From assembly GCA_964016885.1 (NCBI GenBank), contig OZ024743.1, positions 46,128,001 through 46,192,000 of the forward strand: DNA of 64,000 nucleotides. The letters are read 5' to 3'. The notes below the pieces were generated by a model. It did not search any database. It saw only the letters and a program-made list of their open reading frames with translations, and was not told where the DNA came from. This document shows, piece by piece, positions 63,625 to 64,000 of this stretch. Position 1 is the stretch's first letter. Each line of letters opens with the position of its first letter. Origin of the DNA: Eledone cirrhosa (taxonomy: Eukaryota). Both the position numbers and the translations under genes were made by a program.

Positions 63625-63960
63625 AATAATAATGCTTTCTTGTTTTGTCACTATGGCCGAAACATAAAGGACAATACAAAAGAACAGAGACTGTGGGGAT
63701 TTACATAAAAACGTTTAGTTAAGAAACCTTACAGATCGGAAACCACCCTAATCACCAAGAGCACCCTAGGAAGACATCCCCCTCCTCCCAGAACTATCCA
63801 CCCACCTTTTAACAGATGTACTGGGGAGGCAGCACTTCTCTCTCCCCACTCAACTTCTTTTCCACGTGAAACTTGAAAACATTGATGAGGGATTGGTCGA
63901 AAATGAAAATGTCTGTCTTCAGTCATTTCAACCACGTCCACCACACAACCTCTGAGGAAA
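63625..63960 (-). mobile_element. 5'-truncated Tx1-like 3' fragment, another subfamily
   Basis: EVVWWTWLK*LKTDIFIFDQSLINVFKFHVEKKLSGEREVL matches the ORF2 C-terminus; 3' end at a short (TAA)n. Confidence 0.75.
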
Positions 63961-64000
63961 ACTGCTTCATGATGGTGATGATGATGATGATGATGGTGAT

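Overview
AT-rich, microsatellite-dense animal genomic DNA with no recognisable host exon. The SINE types, (TA)n/(CA)n/(GATA)n load and element mix suggest an octopus/coleoid cephalopod (inference). Nearly everything recognisable is mobile DNA: (i) a 17.8-46.2 kb nest of Tx1-like (L1-clade) LINEs and R4/Dong-like RLE LINEs built largely on (ATT)n tracts, with a second Tx1 family flanked by (GATA)n (42-46 kb and 54-60 kb); (ii) three Penelope-like elements (PLEs; RT plus C-terminal GIY-YIG) in (TA)n; (iii) RTE, hAT and Tc1/mariner relics and tRNA-derived SINEs. The main signal outside the ORF track is a set of about ten minimal type-I hammerhead ribozyme (HHR) motifs read by eye. Three have canonical cores, others have variant cores (including U3-A8) or are decayed. 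Several sit in fold-back mini-elements sharing one layout across unrelated families: (TA)n - tail+arm - loop - inverted tail-less arm - (TA)n. Other candidates: a splice-donor-like site over the ORF1 stop codon of both Tx1 families that could fuse ORF1 to ORF2 in frame, ORF1 module swapping on a shared ORF2, a pseudoknotted 5' leader on an intact R4/Dong element, and a 98-nt locally templated inverted insertion. All structures and identities were judged by eye and need computational confirmation; most boundaries are approximate.
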